64,000 nt of DNA from Ostreococcus lucimarinus (taxonomy: Eukaryota). Numbering within the stretch: the stretch's first letter is position 1; each line of letters starts with the position of its first letter. Below, in pieces: positions 46,717 through 57,704 of this stretch. The notes beneath the pieces were generated by a model that did no database searches, was not told the DNA's origin, and was given only the letters and a program-made list of their open reading frames with translations. The stretch lies in NCBI GenBank assembly GCA_000092065.1, contig CP000584.1. One strand, 5' to 3'. The position numbers and the translations under genes are program-made.

Positions 46717-49683
46717 ATGTCGCGCGCGCTCGGCGCGACCGCGCGCGCGATGCGCGGCGAACGCGCGCGCATCGGCGCCGACGTCGAAGGACTGCGCCGC
46801 CGCGGCGGACGGGACGCGACGCGCGGCGCGCGACGCGCGGCGCGCGGGACGCCGACGCGCGCGATGTTCGCGGGATTCGAAAAGATGCTCAAGGGTGACC
46901 CGTCGGAGAAGACGAAGAAGCGGTACCAGGCGCGCGTGGACGCGGTGAACGCGCTCGGGGCGAGGACGAAGGCGCTGAGCGACGACGAGCTGCGGGCGAA
47001 GACGGAGGAATTCCGCGAGCGATTGCGACGAGGCGAGAGCGAGGACGATTTACTCGTCGAGGCGTTCGCGGTGGTTCGAGAGGCGGCGGATCGCGTGCTC
47101 GGGCTGCGGCCGTTCGACGTGCAACTCATCGGGGGGATGATTTTGCACGAAGGGCAAATCGCGGAGATGCGCACGGGGGAGGGGAAGACGCTGGTGTCGG
47201 CGTTGCCGGCGTATTTGAACGCGCTGAGCGGGAAGGGCGTGCACGTGGTGACGGTGAACGATTACTTGGCGAGAAGAGACGCGGAGTGGATCGGGCAGAT
47301 TCATAAGTTTCTCGGGATGACGTGCGGGTTGATCCAGGCGGGCATGGCGGAGGAGGAGCGACGAGTCGGGTACGGAAGTGACGTGACGTACGTCACAAAT
47401 TCCGAGCTCGGGTTCGATTACCTGCGCGACAACTTGGCGCAAAACACCGGGGAGCTGGTGCAGCGCGATTTCAACTTTTGTATCATCGATGAGGTTGATT
47501 CCATTCTCATCGACGAGGCGCGAACGCCGCTCATCATCTCCGGCGTGGCGGATAAGCCGAGCGAACGCTACATTCAAGCCGCAAAGATTGCAGACGCCTT
47601 CGAGAAAGACTACCACTACAAAGTCGACGAAAAGCAAAAGAGCGTGTTGTTGAGCGAAGAAGGTTACGAAGCGGCGGAAGACTTGTTGCAAGTGACGGAT
47701 TTGTACGATCCGCGCACGCAGTGGGCGTTGTACATCATCAACGCCATCAAGGCTAAGGAACTCCAAAAACGCGACGTCAACTACATTGTTCGTGGCCAAG
47801 AAATTATCATCGTCGATGAGTTCTCTGGCCGTACTATGCAGGGACGTCGATGGTCCGATGGTTTACACCAAGCCGTCGAAGCCAAGGAAGGGGTGACGAT
47901 TCAAAACGAAACAGTCACCATCGCCTCGGTGACGTACCAAGCCTTCTTCAAGTCCTACCCCAAGCTCGGTGGTATGACCGGTACCGCCGAAACGGAGATC
48001 ACCGAGTTCAGTAACATTTACGAGCTCGAAGTCGCGGTCGTGCCGACAAACCGACCGGTCTCGCGGGAGGATTCCACCGACGTCGTCTTCCGCTCGGAAA
48101 CCGGCAAGTGGAACGCCGTGCGCAAGGAAATCTCGCGCATGCACAAAAAGGGACGGCCCGTGCTCGTCGGTACCACTTCGGTCGAGCGTTCGGAGCAAAT
48201 CGCAGAACTTCTCGACGAAGACGGCATTCCGTACGAGTTGCTCAACGCCAAGCCGGAGAACGTCGAGCGGGAGTCTGAAATTGTCGCTCAGTCGGGCCGC
48301 AAAGGGGCGGTGACCATCGCCACCAACATGGCTGGTCGCGGTACGGATATTCTTTTGGGCGGTAACGCCGAATTCATGGCGCGTCTTCGCGTTCGTGAGT
48401 CGCTCATGCAGCGCGTCGTCATGCCCGAGGACGGCGAAATCGCTTTCGAAAAGAAAGGGAACCTCGCCAAGTCGGGCGGGAACAAGTGGGCCGTCAAGGA
48501 AGGCTTGTATCCGTGCGAGCTCTCCGCGGAAACCGCGAAGATGCTCGGCGAAGCCGTCGACACTGCGTGCTCGGTGTGGGGCGATCGATCTCTCGAGGCT
48601 CTCGATGCTGAGGAACGCTTGTCCTTCGCGTGCGAAAAGGGTCCGTCCGAAGACGAAGCCATTCTCGCGCTACGCAAGGTGTTCAACGCGATTGAAGCCG
48701 AATACAAGGTGTACACGAGCGCTGAAAAGAAGGAAGTCCTCGGGCTCGGTGGCCTGCACGTGGTCGGCACTGAGAGACACGAGTCGCGTCGCGTTGATAA
48801 CCAGCTCCGAGGTCGCTCAGGCCGTCAAGGGGATCCGGGAAGCACGCGATATTTCTTGTCACTGGAGGATAACCTCTTCCGCATCTTCGGCGGCGATCGC
48901 ATTCAAGCGTTGATGAGCGCTTTCCGAGTTGAGGACATGCCTATCGAGTCCGGCATGCTCACGAACTCCTTGGATGAAGCCCAAAAGAAGGTTGAACGTT
49001 ACTTTTACGATATTCGTAAGCAGCTGTTCGACTACGACGCCGTTTTGAACTCGCAGCGTGAAAAGGTTTACTTCGAACGCCGCCGAGCGCTCACCGCGAG
49101 CAGAGAGCAACTCCAAGAACAAATGCTTGAATACGCCGAGCTTACCATCGATGACATCGTGAACGCTAATATCGATACGTCGGAGCCTGTGTCCGAGTGG
49201 CCGCTTGAAGGACTCGTCGGCAAGTTGCGACAATACTGCTACTACTTCGGCGAAATCGATGAGAGCGACATTCGCCCCATCGCGGAGAAGGGTGGCGTCA
49301 ACGCATTGCGCAATTTCCTCGTCAAGAAGGGTCAGGATGCATACATGACCAAATGCGGCGAAGTTGAGGCTACCGAAGCGGGGCTGATGATGGAAGCGGA
49401 GCGCTTCTTCATTTTGTCGCAAACCGACAATTTGTGGAAGCAACACTTGCAGGCTATCAAGTTTGTGCAACAAGCTGTCGGCTTGCGCGGTTACGCTCAA
49501 AAGGATCCTCTCATCGAATACAAGCTTGAAGGCTTCAACCTCTACACAGAGATGATGGCGCAAATCAGACGCAACGTCATCTACTCTGTGTACATGTTCC
49601 AACCGCAGCGTTTAGAACAAAAGGAAGAGGCAGAACTCGTCGGTGCGGGAGGCGATCAGAAGCCGAACTCGCGCAAAAAGTGA
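46717..49683 (+). CDS. SECA: preprotein translocase SecA (plastid-type, nuclear-encoded, with transit peptide)
   Basis: ATG at 46717. Colinear with bacterial/plastid SecA throughout: [163 protein letters not shown]. The mature protein begins about 50 aa after the ATG, near [10 protein letters not shown]. Confidence 0.9.
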   Translation: MSRALGATARAMRGERARIGADVEGLRRRGGRDATRGARRAARGTPTRAMFAGFEKMLKGDPSEKTKKRYQARVDAVNALGARTKALSDDELRAKTEEFRERLRRGESEDDLLVEAFAVVREAADRVLGLRPFDVQLIGGMILHEGQIAEMRTGEGKTLVSALPAYLNALSGKGVHVVTVNDYLARRDAEWIGQIHKFLGMTCGLIQAGMAEEERRVGYGSDVTYVTNSELGFDYLRDNLAQNTGELVQRDFNFCIIDEVDSILIDEARTPLIISGVADKPSERYIQAAKIADAFEKDYHYKVDEKQKSVLLSEEGYEAAEDLLQVTDLYDPRTQWALYIINAIKAKELQKRDVNYIVRGQEIIIVDEFSGRTMQGRRWSDGLHQAVEAKEGVTIQNETVTIASVTYQAFFKSYPKLGGMTGTAETEITEFSNIYELEVAVVPTNRPVSREDSTDVVFRSETGKWNAVRKEISRMHKKGRPVLVGTTSVERSEQIAELLDEDGIPYELLNAKPENVERESEIVAQSGRKGAVTIATNMAGRGTDILLGGNAEFMARLRVRESLMQRVVMPEDGEIAFEKKGNLAKSGGNKWAVKEGLYPCELSAETAKMLGEAVDTACSVWGDRSLEALDAEERLSFACEKGPSEDEAILALRKVFNAIEAEYKVYTSAEKKEVLGLGGLHVVGTERHESRRVDNQLRGRSGRQGDPGSTRYFLSLEDNLFRIFGGDRIQALMSAFRVEDMPIESGMLTNSLDEAQKKVERYFYDIRKQLFDYDAVLNSQREKVYFERRRALTASREQLQEQMLEYAELTIDDIVNANIDTSEPVSEWPLEGLVGKLRQYCYYFGEIDESDIRPIAEKGGVNALRNFLVKKGQDAYMTKCGEVEATEAGLMMEAERFFILSQTDNLWKQHLQAIKFVQQAVGLRGYAQKDPLIEYKLEGFNLYTEMMAQIRRNVIYSVYMFQPQRLEQKEEAELVGAGGDQKPNSRKK

Positions 49684-49748
49684 GCGCCAACGAAAACCCG
49701 AATGAATGAATTGTAGTGCTACGAACGAAATAACTAAAATACAAGCTG

Positions 49749-51650
49749 CTAATCAGTCTTGCGCATCACCGTCGAGTCGTCGCTGGCGAGCAAAATCTTG
49801 AGTTTGCGACTAATTTCTACGATTGCCTCGCGGCGCTTTTCTACAATCGGCGCGTTGGGATTTTCGTCCCTCTTCTTCTCTTCGTCGTCGTCACACGCAC
49901 TGCCGTGCGCGTGCTCATCACGGGCGCGGGCCATGGTCGTGATAACGTCGACGACGTTTGCGTTGAGTGACTTGAGTGATGTCGTCACGTGTCCCTCATG
50001 TTTGAAAAGTTGTCGGCCACTCGCCTTTGCCGCTCGCTCGCTCGCTCGGGTTAGCAATAACCCGTCTCTTAACGCGTGCACGCTAGCTTCGTCGTCGAGT
50101 GTCGACGCAAATCTATCGAGACATTTCGCAAGATGTGACTCGGCATCTGGATCCCGCAACGCAATCTTCCACATTGCCCCGTGCATCGCGAACGTCCCGT
50201 CAAACGAGAACTCGGCGCCAGCCAAAGCCGTGCGCACACCTGAGACGCGACTGACGAACTCGTACACTCCATCGCACGCGAGCGTCGATAGCAGCAATGC
50301 TCGTCGAACGGTTTCAGCAAGCGGCGATCGATGTAAAGCGATGAAGATGTTCACTAGTGCTCGTAAACATCCAGTGCGCAGCAATCTTTCGCCCACATCC
50401 TTCACGACGACGGCGTTCGCATTTGTGGTGTAAAACGCGAGCAATAATGCGCTCAAACCGACTGTGTCCTGCCAATCTGGATCTTCCTTGCGTGCATCCA
50501 TGACGCGCAGACTGTGCTCTAAAGTCTTCGTTACGACTGGGATTGCTCGGTGCACGTGTGCCCAAAGTTTACTTCTTGCCGAGGAAGCGCTGTTCTCCCC
50601 TTCGCCAAGTGCCTGTACACCCATCGTCTCTGCGCCGAGGCGCAAGCACAAATACGCCAACAGCTCCAACGCAATTCGGTGATCTTCAGTCTGCTCGTCC
50701 ATCGCGTCGCTCTGTGCGAACTTGAGCGCATCAAGCGCGCGCGTCAAGCCCGCTTCGACGCCCAACTTGCCGCCCGCCGCGATGGCCCATCGCTCGCGCA
50801 GCGCGCGCAAGGGAATCGTTCGTAGCGCGCGCCTTTCGACGTCGCACGACGCGCACATCGCCTCGAATAAGTCCATCAATCCCGATGCGACGTCGAGGCG
50901 TTCCCAATCGGAATTCACTCCCACATTCGTCGACGTAGCGCCGACGCGCGCCGGCAGCAACTCGCTCATCAGACCGCGCAACTTGGCGTTCACGACCTCT
51001 CGTTTCGACATTTTCGCGTAACGCGCGTCATCTTTAACGGGCGAAAACCACGAGACGGTAGATTCCACCGGCTCCCACGCGTCGTCGTCGTCATCGCCAT
51101 CTTCCCGAGGTTCCGAGACGATCGGCGCGTTCGCCGTCGCGCCGTTCGCGCCGTTCGCGAGCGTCTCGCGCGGCGCCTCCGCCTCCGTCTCCGCCTCCGC
51201 CTCGTGCTCCTCCGGCGCGTACGCCCGGAGCGCCTCGAACGCATCGTCATCGCTCATGCGCATCACCGCGCGCGGCACCTCGACGTACACCACCGCCCGC
51301 AAGTTCCGAAACGCGTCGCCGCGCGCGTCGTCGCCGTCCTCCCCATCGTCCCTCGCGTCGCTCGCGCCGCCTCCCTCTCGCGCGTTCCGCGCCAGCGCCC
51401 GCGTCAGCGCGAACGGCGTTCGCGCGAGCCCGCCGTCCGCGCGCGCGGCGTCGCGCATCGCCGCCGCGAGCGCGCGCACTTCGTCGTCGCTCACCAGCGG
51501 ATAATCGAATCCCAACTTTTCGTGCGCCTCCCTCGCGAGCGCCGCGCGGCTCGCGCCGTCGCGCGCGTTCGAGGCGTTCGGGCGCGCGTTCGCCGTCCTC
51601 ACCGCGTCCTCGAGCGCGCGCGCGATCGACGACGCCGTCGCGGCGTCCAT
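49749..51650 (-). CDS. hypothetical helical-repeat (ARM/HEAT-like) protein; family not recognised
   Basis: ATG at 51650..51648 (MDAATASSIARALED), the first ATG compatible with ISY1 exon 1 at 51732; the track ORF top is 51746. About 633 aa, Ala/Leu-rich helical segments, acidic insert. I saw no catalytic motifs. Confidence 0.4.
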   Translation of the reverse strand: MDAATASSIARALEDAVRTANARPNASNARDGASRAALAREAHEKLGFDYPLVSDDEVRALAAAMRDAARADGGLARTPFALTRALARNAREGGGASDARDDGEDGDDARGDAFRNLRAVVYVEVPRAVMRMSDDDAFEALRAYAPEEHEAEAETEAEAPRETLANGANGATANAPIVSEPREDGDDDDDAWEPVESTVSWFSPVKDDARYAKMSKREVVNAKLRGLMSELLPARVGATSTNVGVNSDWERLDVASGLMDLFEAMCASCDVERRALRTIPLRALRERWAIAAGGKLGVEAGLTRALDALKFAQSDAMDEQTEDHRIALELLAYLCLRLGAETMGVQALGEGENSASSARSKLWAHVHRAIPVVTKTLEHSLRVMDARKEDPDWQDTVGLSALLLAFYTTNANAVVVKDVGERLLRTGCLRALVNIFIALHRSPLAETVRRALLLSTLACDGVYEFVSRVSGVRTALAGAEFSFDGTFAMHGAMWKIALRDPDAESHLAKCLDRFASTLDDEASVHALRDGLLLTRASERAAKASGRQLFKHEGHVTTSLKSLNANVVDVITTMARARDEHAHGSACDDDEEKKRDENPNAPIVEKRREAIVEISRKLKILLASDDSTVMRKTD

Positions 51651-51731
51651 CGCGCGCGCGAGTGCCGCCGCCGCACACGACGACGCCGCGACCGCACCGC
51701 GCGCGCGACCGGCGACGCGCGCGACGACGCC

Positions 51732-52684
51732 ATGGCGCGGAATCAAGAGAAGGCGAATGTGCGTCGATCGGCGGGCGCGCGCGGCGGGCGCGACGCGCGC
51801 GCGAGCGCGCGCGCGACGCGCGCGACTTAGGTTGAAGGCGCGAACGAACGAACGAACGACTGACGACGACGACGACGACGACGACGCGCGCGCAGGGGAT
51901 GTTTAACAAGTGGACGAGCGGGAAACAAGACGCGCTGCGCGGATCGGTGTCGCGCTCGCGGCCGTTTCACACGCACGCGGCGAAAGACCTGAACGAGGCG
52001 GATCGGTGGCGGAGCGACGTGCTGCGCGACGTCGGAAGAAAAGTGATGGAGATTCAGAACGCTGGTTTAGGGGAACATAAGATTCGAGACTTGAACGATG
52101 AGATAAATCAGTTGTTGAAGGAGAAGTGGCAGTGGGAGATGCGAATCATCGAGCTCGGGGGGCCGAATTACATCGCGTCGGCGCCGAAGGTGGAGGACGC
52201 CGACGGCGGCGCGGTGCAACCGCCGGGGACGGCGGGCGATAGGAAGGCGTACAAATACTTCGGTGCGGCGAAGAATTTACCGGGAGTGAAGGAATTGTTC
52301 GAGGCGCCCGTGACGAAGGCGGTGCGTCGAACGCGACACCAGATGAACCTACACATCGATAGCGGATATTACGGCTTCCGGGACGAGGAGGACGGCGTGT
52401 TGCTCAAAGACGAAGCTGAAGCCGAGCAGCAGCTGCAAGCGGCGGCGATCGAGCAGTACGAGACGGAACAAAAACTACGTGAGCTCGAAGGCGGCGGTGG
52501 TACGCGCAAAAAGGCGAGCACCGTCGCGGACGCGGGCCGACAATTCGTCGCGCACGTGCCGCTCGTGGACGAGGCCGATATCGAGCGAGAAGTGCTGAAC
52601 CGCAAAAAGCAGGAACTGTTGGCCAAGTACGTCAGCGAGGATCTTCAGGCGCAGGAGGCGAGCGCAAAGACGATGCTGCATTGA
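51732..52684 (+). CDS. ISY1: pre-mRNA-splicing factor ISY1; spliced join(51732..51758,51896..52684)
   Basis: Exon 2 is track ORF 51899..52684. It carries strong ISY1 identity (VMEIQNAGLGEHKIRDLNDEINQLLKEKWQWEMRIIELGGPNY, KYFGAAKNLPGVKELFE, QFVAHVPLVDEADIEREVLNRKKQELLAKYVSEDLQAQ). The universally conserved N-terminus MARNxEKAN is encoded separately by ATGGCGCGGAATCAAGAGAAGGCGAAT at 51732-51758. Donor GTGCGT. Branch GACTGAC at 51858-51864. Acceptor CAG at 51893-51895. 137-nt phase-0 intron. Confidence 0.75.
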
Positions 52685-52881
52685 GTCCCAACCGCGATTA
52701 GCCACGCAGTGGGTCTCCTTTCCTAGTAACAACCGTGTAAATTTGAAACGCGCGTCGCGCTGACAGAAACACTCCGTCGGACCGCGCGCGCCTGAGTGCG
52801 CGACGCATCGCCGGCGCGACGTGCGCGTCGCATCGCGCGCGCGCGAACCGACGCGTGCGCCCTCGCGTCGGCCGCGCAGCG

Positions 52882-53952
52882 ATGCCCCGCCCGCCCGGGC
52901 GCCCGCGCAAAGCGACGCACGACGTCGACCTCGCGCGCGATTGTTGGGAGTTCATCTTTCGACGTTTTCTCGACAGCGCCGACCCGGACGTCGCGGTGCC
53001 GTCGCCGCCCGAATGCGAACCGCCGAATGCGAACCGGCTCGTCGAAGTCCTCGGAGGATTCCTAGACGACGATGAGGATGAGCGTTTCTGGCGAAACAGG
53101 CACCAGCACGAAGAGCGGGTGCGTTTCTGGCACAACAGGCGCCAGCACCGCAAGACGACCGCGAAACGCGTGGACTTTGTTCGAACGCAAGCGCGCACGC
53201 TGCTCGCGCTGCCATCGGTGAGCAAGACGTTTAAGGAGGTGTGCGATGAAGGTGGATTGTTTGCGGATATGTGCGATACTTTGTGGGCGCGGGTGAAGCG
53301 ATTGGACGACAGCTTGGAGAATGGGGACAAACAAGCGCCGCCTACGATGACTTCGGCGCAGAAGTTGCGATTGTTTGAGGGCACGGGGTGCCAAAGCTGC
53401 GACAATCATCCGCTCATAAGCTTCAAGTGGGTGTTCTGGGGGTTCGGAGCGCGGCTGTGCCAGAGGTGCATGCGAGTGCGCATGGTGACTGAAGAGGTCC
53501 TACAGAGGGACCCGGATACGCTGCCGGAACACTACCGAGGTTTGCCATTCTCCAGCGATAGATACAGCGCATATGGAAACCCAGCTCCTGGTCGCAAGCT
53601 ATACTGGCGCGCGGACGTGGATGAGCGAAAGTCTGTCACACGCGAGCGTCAAAAACGCCAGCGTGAAGCCGAGGAAAACGAAAAAAAATTGTTAGAGAAG
53701 CGAAAGCGAAAGCAATTCCGCGAGGAAAAGCTTTCTCAGCGCGATGGTGTACGAGAGCAACGGAAGAAGGATATCATTCACATGATGACGACGACTTTCG
53801 ACGTGACTGAGGCGCAACTAGAAACGAGCGTATCGTATCGCAAGCACATCGCGATGGCGCGCCCGTTGACTGCGAGATTTCATCGCACGCACATGAGACA
53901 GATTTTAGATGAGCTTCCCGAGGAATGCCGAAGAAGACGACGCAAGAACTGA
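52882..53952 (+). CDS. hypothetical protein with AT-hook-like PRPPGRPRK N-terminus, possible F-box-like segment and Cys cluster
   Basis: ATG at 52882 (track start 52855 is GTG). MPRPPGRPRKATHDVDLARDCWEFIFRRFL. Later cluster GCQSCDNHPLISFKWVFWGFGARLCQRCM. Lys/Arg/Glu-rich tail. I recognised no family. Confidence 0.35.
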   Translation: MPRPPGRPRKATHDVDLARDCWEFIFRRFLDSADPDVAVPSPPECEPPNANRLVEVLGGFLDDDEDERFWRNRHQHEERVRFWHNRRQHRKTTAKRVDFVRTQARTLLALPSVSKTFKEVCDEGGLFADMCDTLWARVKRLDDSLENGDKQAPPTMTSAQKLRLFEGTGCQSCDNHPLISFKWVFWGFGARLCQRCMRVRMVTEEVLQRDPDTLPEHYRGLPFSSDRYSAYGNPAPGRKLYWRADVDERKSVTRERQKRQREAEENEKKLLEKRKRKQFREEKLSQRDGVREQRKKDIIHMMTTTFDVTEAQLETSVSYRKHIAMARPLTARFHRTHMRQILDELPEECRRRRRKN

Positions 53953-53982
53953 AAAGGAATCGCAAATGTAACAAATCAAATT

Positions 53983-55233
53983 CTACGCCAGACCAGCCAA
54001 ACAATCAATGAGTAACGTGTAGCCCTCCGGAACGTCTTCGCCGTGATGCACCGCGCTTGCAATAACAGCTAATTCGTTGATATCGATGTGCTTCGCCAAG
54101 AACAAGAGTAAGTGGAAATCGCGCAATCGTTCTCCGTACGGTTTGTCTTTGCGCAATGCGTCCTTTAAATCGTCGACGGTTTGCACGGGATGCAAACGGT
54201 TCTCGACGGGAAACGTAGTTGAAATCGCGCCTTCGTGGTCCAAGATCGGCACGGTGACGAGAAACATGTCGTTATCAACTGCATTCACGTCGTTGATGCT
54301 CGGACCGTCACGCACGATGACCTCGTTCGTGAGCTTGGATACTCCCTTCAACTCGTCTCCATCCTCGTCGACGCCGCACTCACCGGTGAACCAACCACGC
54401 TCCTGAACCTTCATCGCCGCATCACTCAGCTGAAATGCCTCGAAAGACACCTGCCAGTTGTCGTCTTCGTCTTCGAACGTGCTCACCACGGCGGTGACAA
54501 ACTCCTTGCCGAACTTTGACTGCAACCGCGCGACGCGCGACACCTCTCTCGCGCTCAGCGTAAAGTCGCGTTCATCCTTCGGCGTACTGATTATGCACCC
54601 CACACGGATCATTCCCAACGCACCCGCGAGCGCGTCCGCCTTTTCATCCTCGAGCGTGTCTTCCAACACCTCCACATCTTCCTCTGTGCCCTCTTGCTCT
54701 GGCTCGTAAATCGCGTCCACCCGAGTCTTCCCGTCGTCGTCTCGCGCGCCGTACAACCATCCGAACCTCACCTGTTTAAATCCCAACGTATAATTCACGT
54801 AGCTCTGAAACACATTCGCCGCGTTCGCATCGAACGACACGCTCACGCAGTGCGGCGCCTCTTGCCTTTCGATCCGTACTTGCGCCGCGATCATGTCGTC
54901 GACGGTCATCTTTCGTCCCGTGAGTCCTCTCGCCGCGTCCCGCACCGCCGCCGTCGTCTTCGTCGGCTCTCTTTCGCACCCATACATCAAGTGTACCACC
55001 GCCCCGTTCGTGTCGATTCCGCACGACGCGATCTTCGCCCTTCCGTTCGCCATATCTTTGAATTCTTCCGGTGTTTTGCTCGTCAGCACATCGAGCGACG
55101 TCGAGAGAATCTGCTCGTCTTTCGGCACTTTCAGCTCGGTTTCGAGGATTTCTTTGAGTTTCGCGACGGTGATGTCGGAGGAAGGGACCGTGATGCGTTC
55201 GGTACCGTCGCGCGTGCGCACGCGGACGATCAT
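53983..55233 (-). CDS. NPL4: NPL4 (Cdc48/p97 cofactor), compact form lacking the NPL4 zinc-finger region
   Basis: ATG at 55233..55231. N-terminal Ubl (MIVRVRTRDGTERITVPSSDITVAKLKEILE). MPN-like core colinear with NPL4: FGWLYGAR (cf. FGYLYGRY), VDAIYEPEQEGTEE, KFGKEFVTAVVSTFEDEDDNWQVSFEAFQLSDAAMKV (cf. KFVTAVATGGPDNQVHFEGYQVSNQCMALV), DFHLLLFLAKH (cf. DFHLLLFLVTN). The zf-NPL4 Cys-rich segment between Ubl and MPN is absent and the ORF is continuous. Confidence 0.75.
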   Translation of the reverse strand: MIVRVRTRDGTERITVPSSDITVAKLKEILETELKVPKDEQILSTSLDVLTSKTPEEFKDMANGRAKIASCGIDTNGAVVHLMYGCEREPTKTTAAVRDAARGLTGRKMTVDDMIAAQVRIERQEAPHCVSVSFDANAANVFQSYVNYTLGFKQVRFGWLYGARDDDGKTRVDAIYEPEQEGTEEDVEVLEDTLEDEKADALAGALGMIRVGCIISTPKDERDFTLSAREVSRVARLQSKFGKEFVTAVVSTFEDEDDNWQVSFEAFQLSDAAMKVQERGWFTGECGVDEDGDELKGVSKLTNEVIVRDGPSINDVNAVDNDMFLVTVPILDHEGAISTTFPVENRLHPVQTVDDLKDALRKDKPYGERLRDFHLLLFLAKHIDINELAVIASAVHHGEDVPEGYTLLIDCLAGLA

Positions 55234-55338
55234 GGCGCGCGCGCGAGGGCGATGATGCGTCGATGTGTGGCGTTGGCAGCGCTTTCGGTTGGTTGGCCGC
55301 GCGCGAGCGAAGCGTTGATTTTTAAAGTAGACGTCGGA

Positions 55339-55878
55339 TTACTTGACGAGATCGGTCCAGTCGTCGGTGCCGCGCAAATCGTCGACGTACTTGTCGACGT
55401 CCTTGATCCCTTTGTGAATCGCAGTGGCGGTGTGAATGGCTTCGTACGGGTCGCGCGGCGCGGGATCGAGCAAGGCCAGCGTGCATCGCCAGTGGGGAAA
55501 CTTTTCGAGCCAACGCGGGATGTTGAATTTCGCGAGCGTATCGCGATCGTCGATGGACACGTCCTGACCGACGTGCTCGCGACCGATGACGTTATCGAAC
55601 CAACGCAAGCAGAGCTCGTGCGCGGGAACGCCAGCCTTGGCCGCGAGCTTCCGCTTGACGTCCGCGGCGGTGTCCGCGCCGTCCGCGTCGACTTCGATCT
55701 CGTGCGTCTCCATCAAGTGCGCCAAGCTCGGCACGTTCGCGCTCGCGTGCGTGATTCGCAACCCAAGCGTGATCGTTCGTCGTTCGTTCGCCGTCACCGG
55801 CGCATCCGTCGTCGCCGTCGTCGTCGTCGACGCGTCTCGGTCGACATCGGCGTCGTCGGTTTTTTCCTCCGCAGTCAT
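55339..55878 (-). CDS. ubiquitin-like-domain protein (Thr/Asp-rich N-terminus, Ubl, C-terminal W/H-containing domain)
   Basis: ATG at 55878..55876. Ubl-like segment ITLGLRITHASANVPSLAHLMETHEIEVDADGADTAADVKRKLAAKAGVPAHELCLRWF...GQDVSIDDRDTLAKFNI. C-terminal region WLEKFPHWRCTLALLDP...DDWTDLVK not assigned. Confidence 0.4.
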   Translation of the reverse strand: MTAEEKTDDADVDRDASTTTTATTDAPVTANERRTITLGLRITHASANVPSLAHLMETHEIEVDADGADTAADVKRKLAAKAGVPAHELCLRWFDNVIGREHVGQDVSIDDRDTLAKFNIPRWLEKFPHWRCTLALLDPAPRDPYEAIHTATAIHKGIKDVDKYVDDLRGTDDWTDLVK

Positions 55879-56258
55879 CGTTCGCGCGAGTCCTCGCGTC
55901 TCTATCGCTCGCGCGCGTCCGCGCGTCGCCGCGATGCGTCGTATTTATTTCTTCCGCGCGCGCGATCGAGTCGCCGGCGCCGCGCGAGCCGTCGTCGCGC
56001 GGTCGCGCGCGTCGCGGTGTGTCGTCTCCGCAAGCGTTTTTTTTTACGTTTTCCACGCGGAGACGACGCGGTCGGTCTCGACCGACGCTCGACCGCACTG
56101 ACGCGCGCACCGACGCGCACTCGCGACGAACGCGCGACGGACGATCGCCGGCGGCGCGAAAACGCGACTCGCGCGTCGTTTACGCGCGCGCGCGCGGACG
56201 GGCGACGCGCGCGGGCGACGCGCGCGCGCATCCACGTGGCGGATTCGGAACCTTCGGA

Positions 56259-57635
56259 ATGAATCCATTCCACGAAGACGCGTCGACGTTCGCGAGCGCG
56301 AGCTCGACCGCGAGCGTGGGCGCGAGTGATAACAGAGTGGACGTGCACGCGCTCGCGCACGATCTCGCGCGGGACGCGAACGTCGAGGATGGTCGGGTTT
56401 GGGGTCCACGCGGGGAACGGGACGACGGCGGACGGTTCGACGGCGGCGCGGAAGGAGGCGCGTCGTCGTACGATGATCGCGCCCAACACGAAAACGTTGA
56501 AGAACGGGACGTCGGTGATGCGCGCGCGCGTAAGCCGCGGGAGGTGAGCGCGGATGAGCGGATTAATGCGACGGCGACGGCGGTGATCAAGGCGGGGTCG
56601 AGCGGGCACTCGGTCGAAGCGTTCAACGGAAGCTCGGACGATATGGCGTTTAGCGATCGGCTCGCGGTGGCGACGGCGAAGATATCCACGCTAGCGGCGC
56701 AGCTGAAGGAGAAGACGGCGGCGGCGCGAGATACGCGCGCGAAGGAGAAGGCTCTAGGTGGTAAGGAGTTGTTGCGTCGGTTGCAAGAGACGGCGTCGAG
56801 TCAGAGCGCGCAGCGCGCGCCGGGTCTCGTTTCGTTGCAGTCCATGCGCAGAGGAGAAGGCGCGGCGGCACCAACTGTGGACGAAAGCGGAAAGGTCGTG
56901 AAGGGGATCGGGTACAAATTGAGCGCGGCGACGCGCCGCACGTCTCAGCGGTTGTTGCAAAGTTTCGGCACCGCGGAGAAGATGCGAGACGACGAGTTCA
57001 AGACTTTGTGGAACAGCGTGCAACAGCAGGAGTCCATCTTGAAGGAAATCGCGCAAGTGAGCACCGCGTATAAACATGCACAACGCGCGGTGTTCGATAT
57101 GAGCAAGCGACTGGCCACACTTATCCGGAATTTGGTCGAAACCGGGGACAAGAATAACGTTTGGGACGGCGCGCCGACGGTGGCGAGAGAAGCCGCGTTG
57201 CGAGAGGCGTGCAAGATGGTGGATGTCGCCGACGCTCTCGTCGCGCGATGCACGCCTCTCACCGAGGAAGTGTTCGATTGGAACATTGTCGAACCCGCGG
57301 CGCACCGCTCGAAAGAGCTCCCGGCGTACAAGGCGTGCGTAGCGAAACGCGCGGCTTACATGCAAGACATGGACGCCTTCGACCGCCAGCTCGGCGCGTT
57401 ACAGAAGCGCTCGCCCAAGAACGCCGACGAATACGCCGTCAAAGAAGAACAAGCGCGCCGCGCCAAAGAGCGCTTCCAGGATTTCAGCTCGAAGCTCGTC
57501 GAAGAGCTTCAAATCGTCGACGGCACGCGATACGAGATGGCGTACTCGATCGCCCGCGGGTTCGCCAACGTCCAATGCTTCAATCTCGAGCGCCAACTCG
57601 ACGTCGCTCGAACGCTCCGCGGTGGTGGTCAGTAG
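56259..57635 (+). CDS. hypothetical protein with C-terminal BAR-domain-like coiled-coil region
   Basis: ATG at 56259 (MNPFHEDAS) within track ORF 56019..57635. The C-terminal about 250 aa are helical with BAR-like periodicity (...FQDFSSKLVEELQIVDGTRYEMAYSIARGFANVQCFNLERQL). Assignment is tentative. Confidence 0.35.
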   Translation: MNPFHEDASTFASASSTASVGASDNRVDVHALAHDLARDANVEDGRVWGPRGERDDGGRFDGGAEGGASSYDDRAQHENVEERDVGDARARKPREVSADERINATATAVIKAGSSGHSVEAFNGSSDDMAFSDRLAVATAKISTLAAQLKEKTAAARDTRAKEKALGGKELLRRLQETASSQSAQRAPGLVSLQSMRRGEGAAAPTVDESGKVVKGIGYKLSAATRRTSQRLLQSFGTAEKMRDDEFKTLWNSVQQQESILKEIAQVSTAYKHAQRAVFDMSKRLATLIRNLVETGDKNNVWDGAPTVAREAALREACKMVDVADALVARCTPLTEEVFDWNIVEPAAHRSKELPAYKACVAKRAAYMQDMDAFDRQLGALQKRSPKNADEYAVKEEQARRAKERFQDFSSKLVEELQIVDGTRYEMAYSIARGFANVQCFNLERQLDVARTLRGGGQ

Positions 57636-57704
57636 CAACAACTCGATGCGACTCTAGCGCGCGTGTATAAGCTCCCACTTCAATCAATTACAAACATCGT
57701 CGCC

